Assembly: GCA_963807105.1 (NCBI GenBank)
Contig: CAWEAM010000010.1
Span: forward strand, 203,530 to 267,529
Direction: 5' to 3'
Length of the DNA stretch: 64,000 nucleotides
From: an uncultured Acidobacteriota bacterium
Lineage (GTDB): Bacteria > Acidobacteriota > Vicinamibacteria > Vicinamibacterales > UBA2999
Each line of letters begins with the position of its first letter. Position 1 is the first letter of the stretch. The notes below the pieces were generated by a model. It saw only the letters and a program-made list of their open reading frames with translations, did not search any database and was not told the origin of the DNA. This document shows positions 1 to 8,991 of this stretch, one piece after another. Position numbers and translations under genes: made by a program.

Positions 1-551
1 GCCAGGATCGTCATCAACGGCAACGCAGCGCCGAGCCCCAGAATATGATCGTTCACCGCGCGCGAATACGGCAACGCGACGGTTGCACCGGCGAGGCTTG
101 CGGCCAGCGCAACGCACATGGGCAGCGGTAGCGACAGTTGTCGGCCTAATAGGAACACGCACCAGACTGCTATCACGTACGCAACGCCCGACGACCCGAT
201 CGTGATCCAGCGATAAAACACTTTCGGCTGGTCGCTCGCCTGCAGTCCAGTGATCGACTGCAGCGCCTTGTACACCCCTGCCATGAGCACCGCTGGAACC
301 GCCGGTTTGTGTGAGTAGAACGCCCCGTCGATGAAGACCTTGTCGCCGCCAATGCCCTGCCCAAACGGCGACTCGTCGATCGCGAAGGTATGCCGATCGA
401 CCAGGCTCTCCACGGTGGCGACGCGGCTGCTGTCGTTCCAGCTCGTCGGCTCCGGTCGGGCGCCGCCGACTGCAAGCGCGGCGGTCGCAGCGACGAGCAC
501 GGCGACGAGCAGCAGCCGCTGGAGGCGCGATGTACGATCGCGCTCGCTCAT
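1..551 (-). CDS. GT-C fold (PMT/ArnT-like) membrane glycosyltransferase, N-terminal part; the gene runs off the window
   Basis: Not in the ORF track because it is open at the edge. Hand translation of the reverse strand from the ATG at 551-549 gives 183 uninterrupted codons: MSERDRTSRLQRLLLVAVLVAATAALAVGG..SWNDSSRVATVESLVDRHTFAIDESPFG..FYSHKPAVPAVLMAG..YVIAVWCVFLLG. There is one TM helix, then a loop with a D-E pair, then a polytopic region. The ATG overlaps the stop of the upstream flippase gene (ATGA). Confidence 0.6.
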   Translation of the reverse strand, partial: MSERDRTSRLQRLLLVAVLVAATAALAVGGARPEPTSWNDSSRVATVESLVDRHTFAIDESPFGQGIGGDKVFIDGAFYSHKPAVPAVLMAGVYKALQSITGLQASDQPKVFYRWITIGSSGVAYVIAVWCVFLLGRQLSLPLPMCVALAASLAGATVALPYSRAVNDHILGLGAALPLMTIL

Positions 552-2032
552 TGCCCTGCCTTCGAGGGCAGCATTGGCAAGCCCATGTCTTCTCGCGTAA
601 TTTCGCCGAGCACGATCAGTGCGGCGACGTAGATCACGCCAAGCGCCGCGAGCTTGACGAGGATCAACGCACCCTCGACGTGTATGAATGCGCTTGTCAA
701 CCCGACGATGGCCGCAGCGGCGAGAACACGAAGCACGGTCGGCAGTCCATGCAGCGCGCCGAAGTGTCTGCGCGCCAGCACGCCTGTCACCACCACGCCC
801 GCAGCCACGCCGAGCACGAGCGTCATCGCGGCGCCGACCGGCCCAACCCGTGGGATCAGGAGGTAGTTGCCCACCCAGACCAGCGGCACGATGCTCGTCA
901 GCACGGCGGCCACGAGCCGCTGCCGTCCGGCCGCCATGAGCGCGTTCGCGAACACATCTACGATCGCGAACAGGCTGAAGCCGAGAAGCTGCAGCGGCAG
1001 AAACCGCTGCCCCTCGGCGTAGGCGCTGGAGAAGAGAAGCGTGAGCACTTCGGCGCCATTGGCACCGAGAACGATACACGCTCCGCCCGCCACGACGAGT
1101 GCAAACCGGCTCGCCTGGTGGATGTGGCGGACTGCACGAGCCTGGTCGTTCGAGGCCGAGGCCCACGCGACCGAAGAAAACAGCACGCCGGCCTGCACCG
1201 TTGGAATGACGGCGAGGATGCGCGCCAGATTCACCGACGCAACGTAATGGCCGACAACGTCGCCGCTCCCCGTCCATAAGCTCTGCAACGACCAGAGATC
1301 GAGATTGATGAGCACTTGACCCGCCACCAGGCACACCGCCATCGGCCCGGCGAACCGGGCGATTTCCTTTATCGTTCCGAGATCGACACGAAATCCGCTC
1401 GGCGGAAAGCGCAGGATCATGATGATGCAGATCGCGACACTCGAAAACACGGTGGCCAGAAGCGCCCGCTCGATCGAAAGACCGGTGGCGGCGAGCGCCA
1501 CGATCGCACCGACCCGGAGCAGACCGTAAAGGATCTGCGCAACCGCCATCACCCCGAAGCGGCGGCCGCCGGCGAGGATCCCTTCGTACGACGCGTAAAA
1601 TGCTGCGAACGGCAGGTCGATCATCGCCAGCCGGAAGAGGGGCGCCCCGTCGGGGATTCGCATCAGCTCGGCGATCGCCGGTGCCAGAAGCCAGCAGGCG
1701 AGAAATACCAGCATCGAAGAGGACAGCAGCAGCGCCTGCGCTGCCCGCGCAACCGCGCGCGGCTCGTGCTGCCCGTCGGCTATCAGCTTGGACGTGGCGG
1801 CGGGCACACCTGCGTTGACCACCATCTCCACCCAGATCAATTGCGAAATGATGACGCCGTAGATGCCGTAGGCGGCCGGCCCGAGCTGGCGCGTGAGAAT
1901 CGCCGCCGCGACATAGGCCGACGCGAAGAACACACCGCGCGCCAGCAGCAGCTGCTGCGTTCCTCGTCGCTGCCGCGCATAGGCGTCGTCAGCGGCATCG
2001 AGCGCCGAGTCGCGATCGAAATCGCTTCTCAT
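548..2032 (-). CDS. MOP-superfamily polysaccharide/oligosaccharide flippase (Wzx-like)
   Basis: ORF 548..2089. Multi-TM, with LLLARGVFFASAYVAAAILTRQLGPAAYGIYGVIISQLIWVEMVVNAGVPAATSKLIADG typical of Polysacc_synt/Wzx proteins. I prefer the ATG at 2032 (4 nt after the AKR stop) to the GTG at 2089, which would overlap the AKR gene by 53 nt. Confidence 0.8.
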   Translation of the reverse strand: MRSDFDRDSALDAADDAYARQRRGTQQLLLARGVFFASAYVAAAILTRQLGPAAYGIYGVIISQLIWVEMVVNAGVPAATSKLIADGQHEPRAVARAAQALLLSSSMLVFLACWLLAPAIAELMRIPDGAPLFRLAMIDLPFAAFYASYEGILAGGRRFGVMAVAQILYGLLRVGAIVALAATGLSIERALLATVFSSVAICIIMILRFPPSGFRVDLGTIKEIARFAGPMAVCLVAGQVLINLDLWSLQSLWTGSGDVVGHYVASVNLARILAVIPTVQAGVLFSSVAWASASNDQARAVRHIHQASRFALVVAGGACIVLGANGAEVLTLLFSSAYAEGQRFLPLQLLGFSLFAIVDVFANALMAAGRQRLVAAVLTSIVPLVWVGNYLLIPRVGPVGAAMTLVLGVAAGVVVTGVLARRHFGALHGLPTVLRVLAAAAIVGLTSAFIHVEGALILVKLAALGVIYVAALIVLGEITREDMGLPMLPSKAGQ

Positions 2033-2036
2033 GTCG

Positions 2037-3047
2037 TCATTTGCCGTGCGACAGCCACCGCCGTTCGTCCTCTGACAGCTCGAGGCCACAGGCGCTGGCC
2101 GCGTCCACGTAAGACGTGACGCTCCGCGCGCCGACGATGGCGAGGACGCGCGGATGATGGCGCAGCACCCAGGCTAGCGCAATCTGCCCGGGTGTGACGC
2201 CGCGCTGCCGCGCGAGCTCGCGGGCGCGCTGCAGGCGTGCGAGATTGCTGGCATCGAGAAACACCTTGTCGCCGAAGCTCACTGGCGTTGGTACGGTCTC
2301 GGCACCATCCGCGTAGGCCCGCGCGCGCGAGAAGAATCCCATCGCCAGGCTCGAGTAGGCGAGGAGCCACATTTCGCTCGCCTTGTACCACTCGCGGTCC
2401 GCGGCGTTCTCGTCACGCGAGAGCGTCAACGCGCTCTGCCACGGTGGATTTCGCCACGCTGCGAGACTGAACTGGACGCTGCTGACGGCGAACGGCTGCT
2501 GACCGCGCGACCGCGCGTATGCCGCCGCCGCGGCAATCCTGCTGGTCGGCCAGTTCGAAACACCCAGCGCGCGGATGCGGCCGTCGGCCACATGCTCGTT
2601 GAGCGCATCGACGAGCGGTCCCACATCCGTGGCGCCGTCGTCGTAATGGAGAAGATAGAGATCGATGTAATCGGTCCGCAGCGCCTTGAGCGAGCGCCCG
2701 AGATCGTCTGCGATCGCCCGCTTCGTCAAGCGCGACTGCCAGCGCGGTCCCGGGTGCGCGCCCTTGGTGATGATCGCCACGCGGTCGCGCAGCTTGCGCG
2801 CGTGCAGCCAGTCGCCGAGTGTGCGTTCGCTGTCGCCATAGGCGCGGGCGGTGTCGAACGCGGTGCAGCCAGCCGCGACGACGCCGTCGAACAGCTCGAA
2901 GTTCTGGGTGTTGCGCGCGCGATCGACGAACGGAGACGAGAACCGCCGTCCTCTGATGTAGACGAAGCGCCGCGCGCCCAGCCAATCGGTGCCCATGACG
3001 ATGCGCGACACGGGGGCGCCGATGCCGGCGATGTGCACGTAATCCAC
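2037..3047 (-). CDS. aldo/keto reductase
   Basis: C-terminal 336 aa of ORF 2037..3647: GTDWLG..FDTARAYGDSERTLGDWL..ITKGAHPG..LKALRTDYIDLYLLHYDD..IRALGVSNW..GVTPGQIALAWVL. The rest of the long ORF is R/A-rich and overlaps the methyltransferase gene. GTG starts are at 3047 or 3038. Confidence 0.85.
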   Translation of the reverse strand: MDYVHIAGIGAPVSRIVMGTDWLGARRFVYIRGRRFSSPFVDRARNTQNFELFDGVVAAGCTAFDTARAYGDSERTLGDWLHARKLRDRVAIITKGAHPGPRWQSRLTKRAIADDLGRSLKALRTDYIDLYLLHYDDGATDVGPLVDALNEHVADGRIRALGVSNWPTSRIAAAAAYARSRGQQPFAVSSVQFSLAAWRNPPWQSALTLSRDENAADREWYKASEMWLLAYSSLAMGFFSRARAYADGAETVPTPVSFGDKVFLDASNLARLQRARELARQRGVTPGQIALAWVLRHHPRVLAIVGARSVTSYVDAASACGLELSEDERRWLSHGK

Positions 3048-3049
3048 TG

Positions 3050-3763
3050 CTACGCGTTCTTGATCATCCACTGGATTGGCGCATGCGACCCGAGCGCGTC
3101 GCGCTCCCACAGCGCCAGCTTTTTGACCGGGTGTCCTTCGATCCAGTCGTCGATGGTCGCGATCGGTTTCGGGAACGAAAAGGGTGGCAGCTCCAGGTTC
3201 AGAAGACGGAAATTCCCGGTCGGGATGTTCTGATTCGCCGTGGACTCCGGAAACGTCGTGGTCAAAAGATATCGGATGTCGCTGCGCAGAAAATTGTCGA
3301 GCGCGAGCCAGATATTGGCGTCGGAGAAATGGAACAGGCAGTCGCGACACATCCAGACATCCGCCTGGGGCAGTGGATCGTGCGTGATGTCGAGGTGTCT
3401 GAACGACGTGTTGTCGTTGCCGAACGCGGTCTGATTCCGATCGACCAGCGCTGCGACGATGTCGGCGCCAAGATAGGTCGCCTCGCGGTCGCGCGGCACC
3501 AGGCGAAACCAGTTGTAGTCGCCGCATGGCGCGTCGAGGATGCGCCTGACGCCAAGCTGTGCAAACAGCGCCGGCAGCTCCTTTCTGATGTTGTCTGTGT
3601 ACTTGACAGTCGAATGCGATCCCGACACGCTTTCGGGATCGCCCCACACGTTGGTCTCGTAATACTGCGCGAAGAGCTCCTGATTGGTCCGCGTGCGTAG
3701 TCTCTCGATGAGTCGAACGCCGCCGGGGAGCCGCATCAGGATCGACTTGAGTGCCTGCTTCAT
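3050..3763 (-). CDS. class I SAM-dependent methyltransferase
   Basis: ORF 3050..3784 (TTG). ATG at 3763 is preferred. It has LDAPCGDYNWF (SAM-binding G-x-G-like loop), YLGADIV and DVWMCRDCLFHFS. Confidence 0.75.
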   Translation of the reverse strand: MKQALKSILMRLPGGVRLIERLRTRTNQELFAQYYETNVWGDPESVSGSHSTVKYTDNIRKELPALFAQLGVRRILDAPCGDYNWFRLVPRDREATYLGADIVAALVDRNQTAFGNDNTSFRHLDITHDPLPQADVWMCRDCLFHFSDANIWLALDNFLRSDIRYLLTTTFPESTANQNIPTGNFRLLNLELPPFSFPKPIATIDDWIEGHPVKKLALWERDALGSHAPIQWMIKNA

Positions 3764-3870
3764 GTTCGGTTCCGTAGCATACAACTCCCCTTAACTCCGA
3801 GACCGTATACGCGGGCGCGGCCGGCGTGGCTCGTTCCGGCGAGCTCGCGTCGTGAACGACCGATCAAGAT

Positions 3871-3972
3871 CGCGGCCTTCGATCGCGATGGGCGCGACTC
3901 ACCCCGATAAACCCGTCACGGAGTTTGTCTCCCGCTCTGAACAGGCTTGCCTCCAGGGTTTTCGGGTCGAGC
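3871..3972. repeat. intergenic repeat family, short form (copy A)
   Basis: cgcggccttcgatcgcgatgggcgcgactcaccccgataaaccc + gtcacggagtttgtct..ggcttgcctccagggttttcgggtcgagc. This equals copy B with its internal segment of about 117 nt (4076-4192) absent. Confidence 0.8.
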
Positions 3973-4030
3973 AGTGCCCGCCGCGACTCGCGGACGCCTC
4001 GAGCGAGCCGCTCACCAACGATCGATGAAC

Positions 4031-4278
4031 CTTGCGGCCTTCGATCGCGATAGGCGCGACTCGCCCCGACAAACCCGGTCGGCGCGCCGAACAAACTGCG
4101 CGACGGCCGGCAGGCCGAGCCGTTCCCCCAAAGACCCGCCGCGAGTACTCTCTCTGCGCCGACACGCGACGGGTCCGGCACGGGGACGGCCGTCACGCAG
4201 TTTGTCTGGTCCACTGAACACGGCTTGCCTCCAGGGTTTTCGGGTCGAGCCGCGCCCATCGCGCTCGCGGCCGCTCCC
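4031..4278. repeat. intergenic repeat family, long form (copy B)
   Basis: 248 nt. Its reverse complement aligns end to end with 51241-51488 at roughly nine positions in ten by eye. Its first 82 nt also match the reverse complement of 59101-59180. Confidence 0.85.
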
Positions 4279-4479
4279 GGACAACGACCGTGTGAGCCCG
4301 TGAGCCGCGCCCGCTGCGACTCGCGAGCGATCGTGGGAGCGCCTGGCGCTCATTGATATTCCAACGCCGCGCCCATCACGCTCGCGGCCGCTCCCTCCCC
4401 GCCGCTGCCCATGTCGACCGGAGTGAGCGGCGTGAGTCGTGGCGGGCGTGGTTCGCCCGGTACGCTCCACTAGGCTAGC

Positions 4480-6141
4480 TTAGAGTCTCCCCGCGCGCGA
4501 TTCAGAGACGATGAAGTCGCAGGTGCGAACCGTCAGCGCCATGATGCTCAACGTGTGCGACTGATGGCCCGAGGACGGGAAGCACGCGCCATCGGTGACG
4601 AACAGATTCGGCACGTCCCACGACTGGTTGTAGCGGTTGAGCACCGACGTCCTCGAGTCGTCGCCCATCCGCGCGCCCCCCATCTCGTGAATCGCTCCAC
4701 CCGGATGAAAAGCGCCAAATGGGGTCACGACGTGCCGCCAGAGTGACGCGTAGATCGCCCGGCGCCTCAGGCTGGTCATGTCGCTGAGCGACGCGCGGAT
4801 GCGCAGTCCGGCGGCCGCCGCGATCTCGTGCATCGTCGTGGTCATATCGGCGACGAGCGTCCGATCGTTCGCCGAGTGCACGCAATCGATGTGCGCGACC
4901 GGAATTCCCCACGCGTCACGCCGGCTGGCGTCGATGGTGATGGTGTTGCTCGCGGAGGGCAGCATGTCGCCGAATCCGGCGAGGAAGAAGCCGCGACCGT
5001 GCCGGCCGATCGAGCCGAGCATGCTGAAGCTCCCCTGGTAGCTCGAACGCGGCGGTTCAGTGATGTTCTTGAAACCCGGCACGTAGACATAGGCGGACGC
5101 CAGGTCGTACGGATCGCGCTCGACGTCCTCGGCTGTGTGGCCCGCGCCGGCAAGCGACTGGGGCACGTCGCCGGACATCGCTGTCATGCAGTGATCCATC
5201 ACATAGCGGCCGAGCGTTCCGGAGGAGTTGCCGAGCCCGTGCGGATGATGGCCGCCGGCCGAATTCAGGAGGATACGGACCGATTCGAACGCCGACGCAC
5301 AGAGGACGATGATCCGGCCCTGGACGACTTCGGCTCGGCGCGTCACGCGATCGATGAACTCCACGCCTCGCGCCCGGCTGCCCGTGGCATCCACCTGCAC
5401 GCGCTTGACGACGGCGTCGCTGCGCAGCGTGAGATGGCCGGTCTGCAGTGCCGCGATCAGCGGCAACGGGATGCGTTGTGGATTGTGCGCGACCACCGGC
5501 GCCGCGACCAGTCGCCGCGCCGGCCAGCGGCCCTGGACGACGTCGCGGACGCGCTCCTCTGCCGCACTGAGCCGCCGCGGCGCAACGAACGCTCCATCCG
5601 GACGCTGCGGTAGTCCCTCTGGTGTGCCGTGCACCCCAAGAAACCGTTCGACGCGCGCGTACGACGGCTCCAGATCCTCATACGCGATCGGCCAGTCGAG
5701 CCCTTCACCGCCGTGCGCGCTCGGCTTGAGCTCGAAATCGGAAAATCGCGGCGCCACGCGTCCCCATGTGTGCAGCCGGCCTCCGACCTGACGGCCGCGG
5801 AACCAGTTGAACGGCCTTCCTGGCGCGCGGCTATACGGGTTTTCGCGATCGTTGACGTAGAGCTGTCGCGTCGCGCGCGTGCAGGCGAAGCAGCGCGCTT
5901 GCACGGGCTGCCCGGTGAGCGCGAGCCACGCGCGCTCGGGCATGCCGAAGTCGCGCGGACGTGGCGTCGGGAAATGATCGCTGGCGTTCACCTGCGGGCC
6001 GGCGTCGAGGAGGAGCACTTTCATGCCAGCCGTCGTCAGCTCGAGCGCCGCGAAGCAGCCCGCGGCCCCGGCGCCTACTACGATCGCGTCGAACACCGTG
6101 GAAGCGTCTGCCGCGTCTCCCGCGCCGATCACTGCCGTCAT
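4480..6141 (-). CDS. GMC-family FAD-dependent oxidoreductase
   Basis: C-terminal 553 aa of ORF 4480..7056, starting MTAVIGAG..FDAIVVGAGAAGCFAALELTTAGMKVLLLDAG (Rossmann GxGxxG). It ends ..GGARMGDD..VLNRYNQSWDVPNLFVTDGACFPSSG, the GMC C-terminal signature. The ATG at 6141-6139 overlaps the upstream stop at 6138-6140. Confidence 0.85.
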   Translation of the reverse strand: MTAVIGAGDAADASTVFDAIVVGAGAAGCFAALELTTAGMKVLLLDAGPQVNASDHFPTPRPRDFGMPERAWLALTGQPVQARCFACTRATRQLYVNDRENPYSRAPGRPFNWFRGRQVGGRLHTWGRVAPRFSDFELKPSAHGGEGLDWPIAYEDLEPSYARVERFLGVHGTPEGLPQRPDGAFVAPRRLSAAEERVRDVVQGRWPARRLVAAPVVAHNPQRIPLPLIAALQTGHLTLRSDAVVKRVQVDATGSRARGVEFIDRVTRRAEVVQGRIIVLCASAFESVRILLNSAGGHHPHGLGNSSGTLGRYVMDHCMTAMSGDVPQSLAGAGHTAEDVERDPYDLASAYVYVPGFKNITEPPRSSYQGSFSMLGSIGRHGRGFFLAGFGDMLPSASNTITIDASRRDAWGIPVAHIDCVHSANDRTLVADMTTTMHEIAAAAGLRIRASLSDMTSLRRRAIYASLWRHVVTPFGAFHPGGAIHEMGGARMGDDSRTSVLNRYNQSWDVPNLFVTDGACFPSSGHQSHTLSIMALTVRTCDFIVSESRAGRL

Positions 6142-7844
6142 GTCTGCTTCCGGCCGACGAAGCGATACAGGATCACGCCGTCGCCGACGAACGCACGCTC
6201 GAGCCCGGGCACGTCGTCGAGCGTGGCCATCCGATCGTTCCACTCCCACGGCGACCAGATCACCCACGTGACGCCGTTGGTGGCAAGCCATGCCGACCGC
6301 TCGTCGGGCGTCGCCGACGAGGTGAAGAACCAGTCGCGCGCGGCGCGCTTCTCCGGCTCCCGCAGAGTCATGTGCCAATGCCCGTGGAACATGCGCGTGT
6401 CGGCGAGCGTGGGCGCCCAGCCGGCCGTCCAGAATCCCGCGAGCGTGATGTCGCGATCGCTGGCGTGCTCGTGCAGATACTCGAAGAGCCGCTGAGTATC
6501 GGCGCTCAGGAAATAGTTGGGCGCGCGCGGCGTGTAGGCCGATAGATGCCGCTGCAGCATCGCGCCGGCACCGATCGTCGCGATGCCCACGTACCCGTAG
6601 CACAGCGCGCGCGCCAGTGTCCCGCGTGAAGTCTGCGAGCCGGGTCGCGGACTCGAAGGCGATGTCTCGGCGTGCCCGATTCGGCGCTCGCGCCGATATC
6701 GCACAGCAAGTCGCGCGAGGCGGTCCGCGCCGACGGCGGCGAGCAGCGAAAGCGGAACGTGGATGCCACCAGGCAGTCGCGCCTGTTTGCCGCCGAGCCG
6801 GAAGGGCGTCATCAGAAACAAGAAGACGAAGATCACCCAGCACAAAGGCAAGGCGTAGCGCGATCGCAGGGAGGCCTTTGTGAGAACGACGGCGGCCGGC
6901 ACGCCGAGAATGCCGAACGACGCCAGATAAAACGGCCAGCGCTGCACCTGCATGATGTCGTTGGCCATCGCCGCGTAGATCGGATCGATTCGGATGATCC
7001 AGATGAGGTACACCGCCGCCGGCAGTGCGCCAAGCGCGACGGCGGCGGCGTGCCACGCCGAGGCCCTCGGAAATTGTCGCTCCTCAGCCCACAGGAACAG
7101 CGCGTACGTTCCCGTGCCGAGAATCAACGACAGGAAATCCCACGGATGCGTCCACGACAGAAAGAACGACAGCGCCATGGTTGCTGCGACGAACGCGTGC
7201 GGCTTCGGCCGCAGTTGACCGCGCCCCAGCGCCGCGCGCGTCGCAAACAGCGCGGTCAGAAGCGCCAGCGCGAGGATGAGGTGAGGCAGATTGCCGAGCA
7301 CATAAAATGTGTTGCCTTCGGGAAGGTGCTCATCGCCATGCGCCGTTCCCGGCCGCAGGATATCGAGTACCCAGCCGCCCCCGGCGGAGAAGCAGACGAA
7401 CGCGAAGTAAAGGCGCTGGAGCGATCGTCGTCTGAGGAGCAGCGCTCCGAACCACCACGCCGCCGCCAGCAGACCCACGCCGAAGACGACGCGGCTTACC
7501 TGAAACGACGTGAGCGCGCTCATTCCGAAAGCTTTGCAGAGCGCCGCCTGGAAGTAGACTTCCGGCAGGAACAGGCGGGGCATGTGCGGCTCGGACGTAA
7601 ACGGGTTGCCGACGAGAAACGCGCCTTCCGCGACCTCACGCGTAAAGGCGAGGTACTGATTGGCATCCTGCGCGTTGAATGGCGGAACCGCAAAGAACCG
7701 TGTGTTCGCCGGCCCGAACATGTAGCCGTACAGATAGGGCAGGCTGCTGACGAGTAGTGTCGCCGCGCCCATGATCAGCAGCGCGCACGCGTGTCGCGCC
7801 CGCCGGTGATCGGCCGCAGCCGGCACGGTGCGCTGCGCGACCAT
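6138..7844 (-). CDS. large polytopic membrane protein with C-terminal soluble domain; possible GT-C-type enzyme
   Basis: 568 aa with more than 10 hydrophobic segments. The first loop is FNAQDANQYLAFTREV, and there is a soluble tail of about 130 aa. It is translationally coupled on both sides (TGATG at 7842-7846, ATGA at 6138-6141). Assignment of function is weak. Confidence 0.6.
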   Translation of the reverse strand: MVAQRTVPAAADHRRARHACALLIMGAATLLVSSLPYLYGYMFGPANTRFFAVPPFNAQDANQYLAFTREVAEGAFLVGNPFTSEPHMPRLFLPEVYFQAALCKAFGMSALTSFQVSRVVFGVGLLAAAWWFGALLLRRRSLQRLYFAFVCFSAGGGWVLDILRPGTAHGDEHLPEGNTFYVLGNLPHLILALALLTALFATRAALGRGQLRPKPHAFVAATMALSFFLSWTHPWDFLSLILGTGTYALFLWAEERQFPRASAWHAAAVALGALPAAVYLIWIIRIDPIYAAMANDIMQVQRWPFYLASFGILGVPAAVVLTKASLRSRYALPLCWVIFVFLFLMTPFRLGGKQARLPGGIHVPLSLLAAVGADRLARLAVRYRRERRIGHAETSPSSPRPGSQTSRGTLARALCYGYVGIATIGAGAMLQRHLSAYTPRAPNYFLSADTQRLFEYLHEHASDRDITLAGFWTAGWAPTLADTRMFHGHWHMTLREPEKRAARDWFFTSSATPDERSAWLATNGVTWVIWSPWEWNDRMATLDDVPGLERAFVGDGVILYRFVGRKQT

Positions 7845-8959
7845 CAGTTGCGCGACTCCTGGAACCGCGCAAACCAGGCGCTGAACTCGGCGGCGACGAT
7901 GTGGTTGCCGTGCGCGTTGAGATGAATGTCCTTGCGGAAGTACGGCGCCTGGCGCGCGCCGCCGGCCGCGAGCGCGCCGTACAAGTCCAGTACCGCGACG
8001 TTCTTCGACGACAACCGCTCTTTGATGCGAGCCGCAAGGTTTTCGCGCGCCTGCGCCGGCGTCGCGCCAAAGAGCTCCTCTTTACTCGGGATCAGCATGA
8101 CCACGAAGGCCGCGCCGCTCGCTTCGACGGTATCGCGAAGCTCGCTGACCGACGCCATGAAGGTCGCGAGCCTGGGATCGTCGGGAGCCGTGCCCTTCGT
8201 CGCGAACTCCAGCGCGTGGCGCTCGAAGAGAATCTCGGTGCCGTCGGCGAAACGACGGCGAGGCTCGGCGTAATCCTGTCCCTGGACGATCCGCAGCGCG
8301 ACCTGCTGCGCTCGATAGAGGAGCCATGATTTGTCGAGAAAGCGCTGCAGGATGCCTTTGTAGCGCGCGTCGCGCGCGAGGCTGAGCCGGAACCGGTTGT
8401 AGTCGGCCCCGCCGCCCTCGCCGAGCCAGGCGAGAAACTGCTCGTCGTTCTCGACGTCGCTGGCCAGAAACAAACAACCGACCACGAGCGCAGGGCGCCA
8501 GTCACCGCCGAAGCGCTGATAGATCCGACGTTGCCGTGCCGGTCCGGCGGCGGCGAGGCCCAGGTTGAGGACGGAGTGTTTGGACAGCGATCGGGCGACG
8601 AGGCCGGTGAAGATCCCATCGAGCCCCACGCCAGCACCGACCAGAAACGAGTCGCCGAGAAAGACGACCGACGGATTGTCGGGCCACGGATCGCGGTTGG
8701 GATAGCCCCGTGAATCCGTTTCGGCAAGAAACGAGTAGTCGTCCGTGCGAATCATCTCGCGCTGATTGGGCGGCATCGAAAAGCCCAGCTCGGCGTCGGG
8801 GACCACGACAAACGGATAGTGGATGAAGAAGTATTCGATCTGCCACTGCACCGGCATCAAGCGCGGGAACGCGCGGCCTGCGGCTTCGACCATCGCGACA
8901 AGCAGCCCGCCGAGGGCCACCGCGAGGCCGGTCAAGGCAAGATTTCGCTTCGTTCGCAC
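7844..8959 (-). CDS. membrane-anchored SGNH-like hydrolase/acyltransferase-fold protein (paralog 1)
   Basis: N-terminal TM helix, VVFLGDSFLVGAG (GDS block) and RKDIHLNAHGNHIVA (D-x-H block near the C-terminus). Clear paralog of 22861..23955. Confidence 0.75.
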   Translation of the reverse strand: MRTKRNLALTGLAVALGGLLVAMVEAAGRAFPRLMPVQWQIEYFFIHYPFVVVPDAELGFSMPPNQREMIRTDDYSFLAETDSRGYPNRDPWPDNPSVVFLGDSFLVGAGVGLDGIFTGLVARSLSKHSVLNLGLAAAGPARQRRIYQRFGGDWRPALVVGCLFLASDVENDEQFLAWLGEGGGADYNRFRLSLARDARYKGILQRFLDKSWLLYRAQQVALRIVQGQDYAEPRRRFADGTEILFERHALEFATKGTAPDDPRLATFMASVSELRDTVEASGAAFVVMLIPSKEELFGATPAQARENLAARIKERLSSKNVAVLDLYGALAAGGARQAPYFRKDIHLNAHGNHIVAAEFSAWFARFQESRN

Positions 8960-8991
8960 GCGGCGCTTCCTTCGCCTCGGACTCCATCACG

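Noticed and set aside
4421-4470. tRNA-like features: a ggttcg-containing stem-loop cgggc gtggttc gcccg followed by ..gctcca.
   Set aside because: The loop does not match the T-loop consensus. Only 4 bp of an acceptor stem can form. The whole segment is about 50 nt, too short for a tRNA.
3864-4470. ORFs within the repeat-filled gap: 3864..4259(-), 3947..4303(+) and 4012..4470(-).
   Set aside because: They are read through repeat-element copies that also occur in the opposite orientation elsewhere. The translations are R/P/G-rich and lack structure.
6142-7056. N-terminal extensions of long ORFs: 4480..7056, 2037..3647, 43616..45970, 16465..17613, 35337..36887, 59087..60343, 53012..54970 and 13536..15122.
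   Set aside because: The extensions overlap the upstream genes, look off-frame (R-rich), and end at internal start codons. Those internal starts have Shine-Dalgarno-like sequences or family-typical N-termini, and I used them instead.
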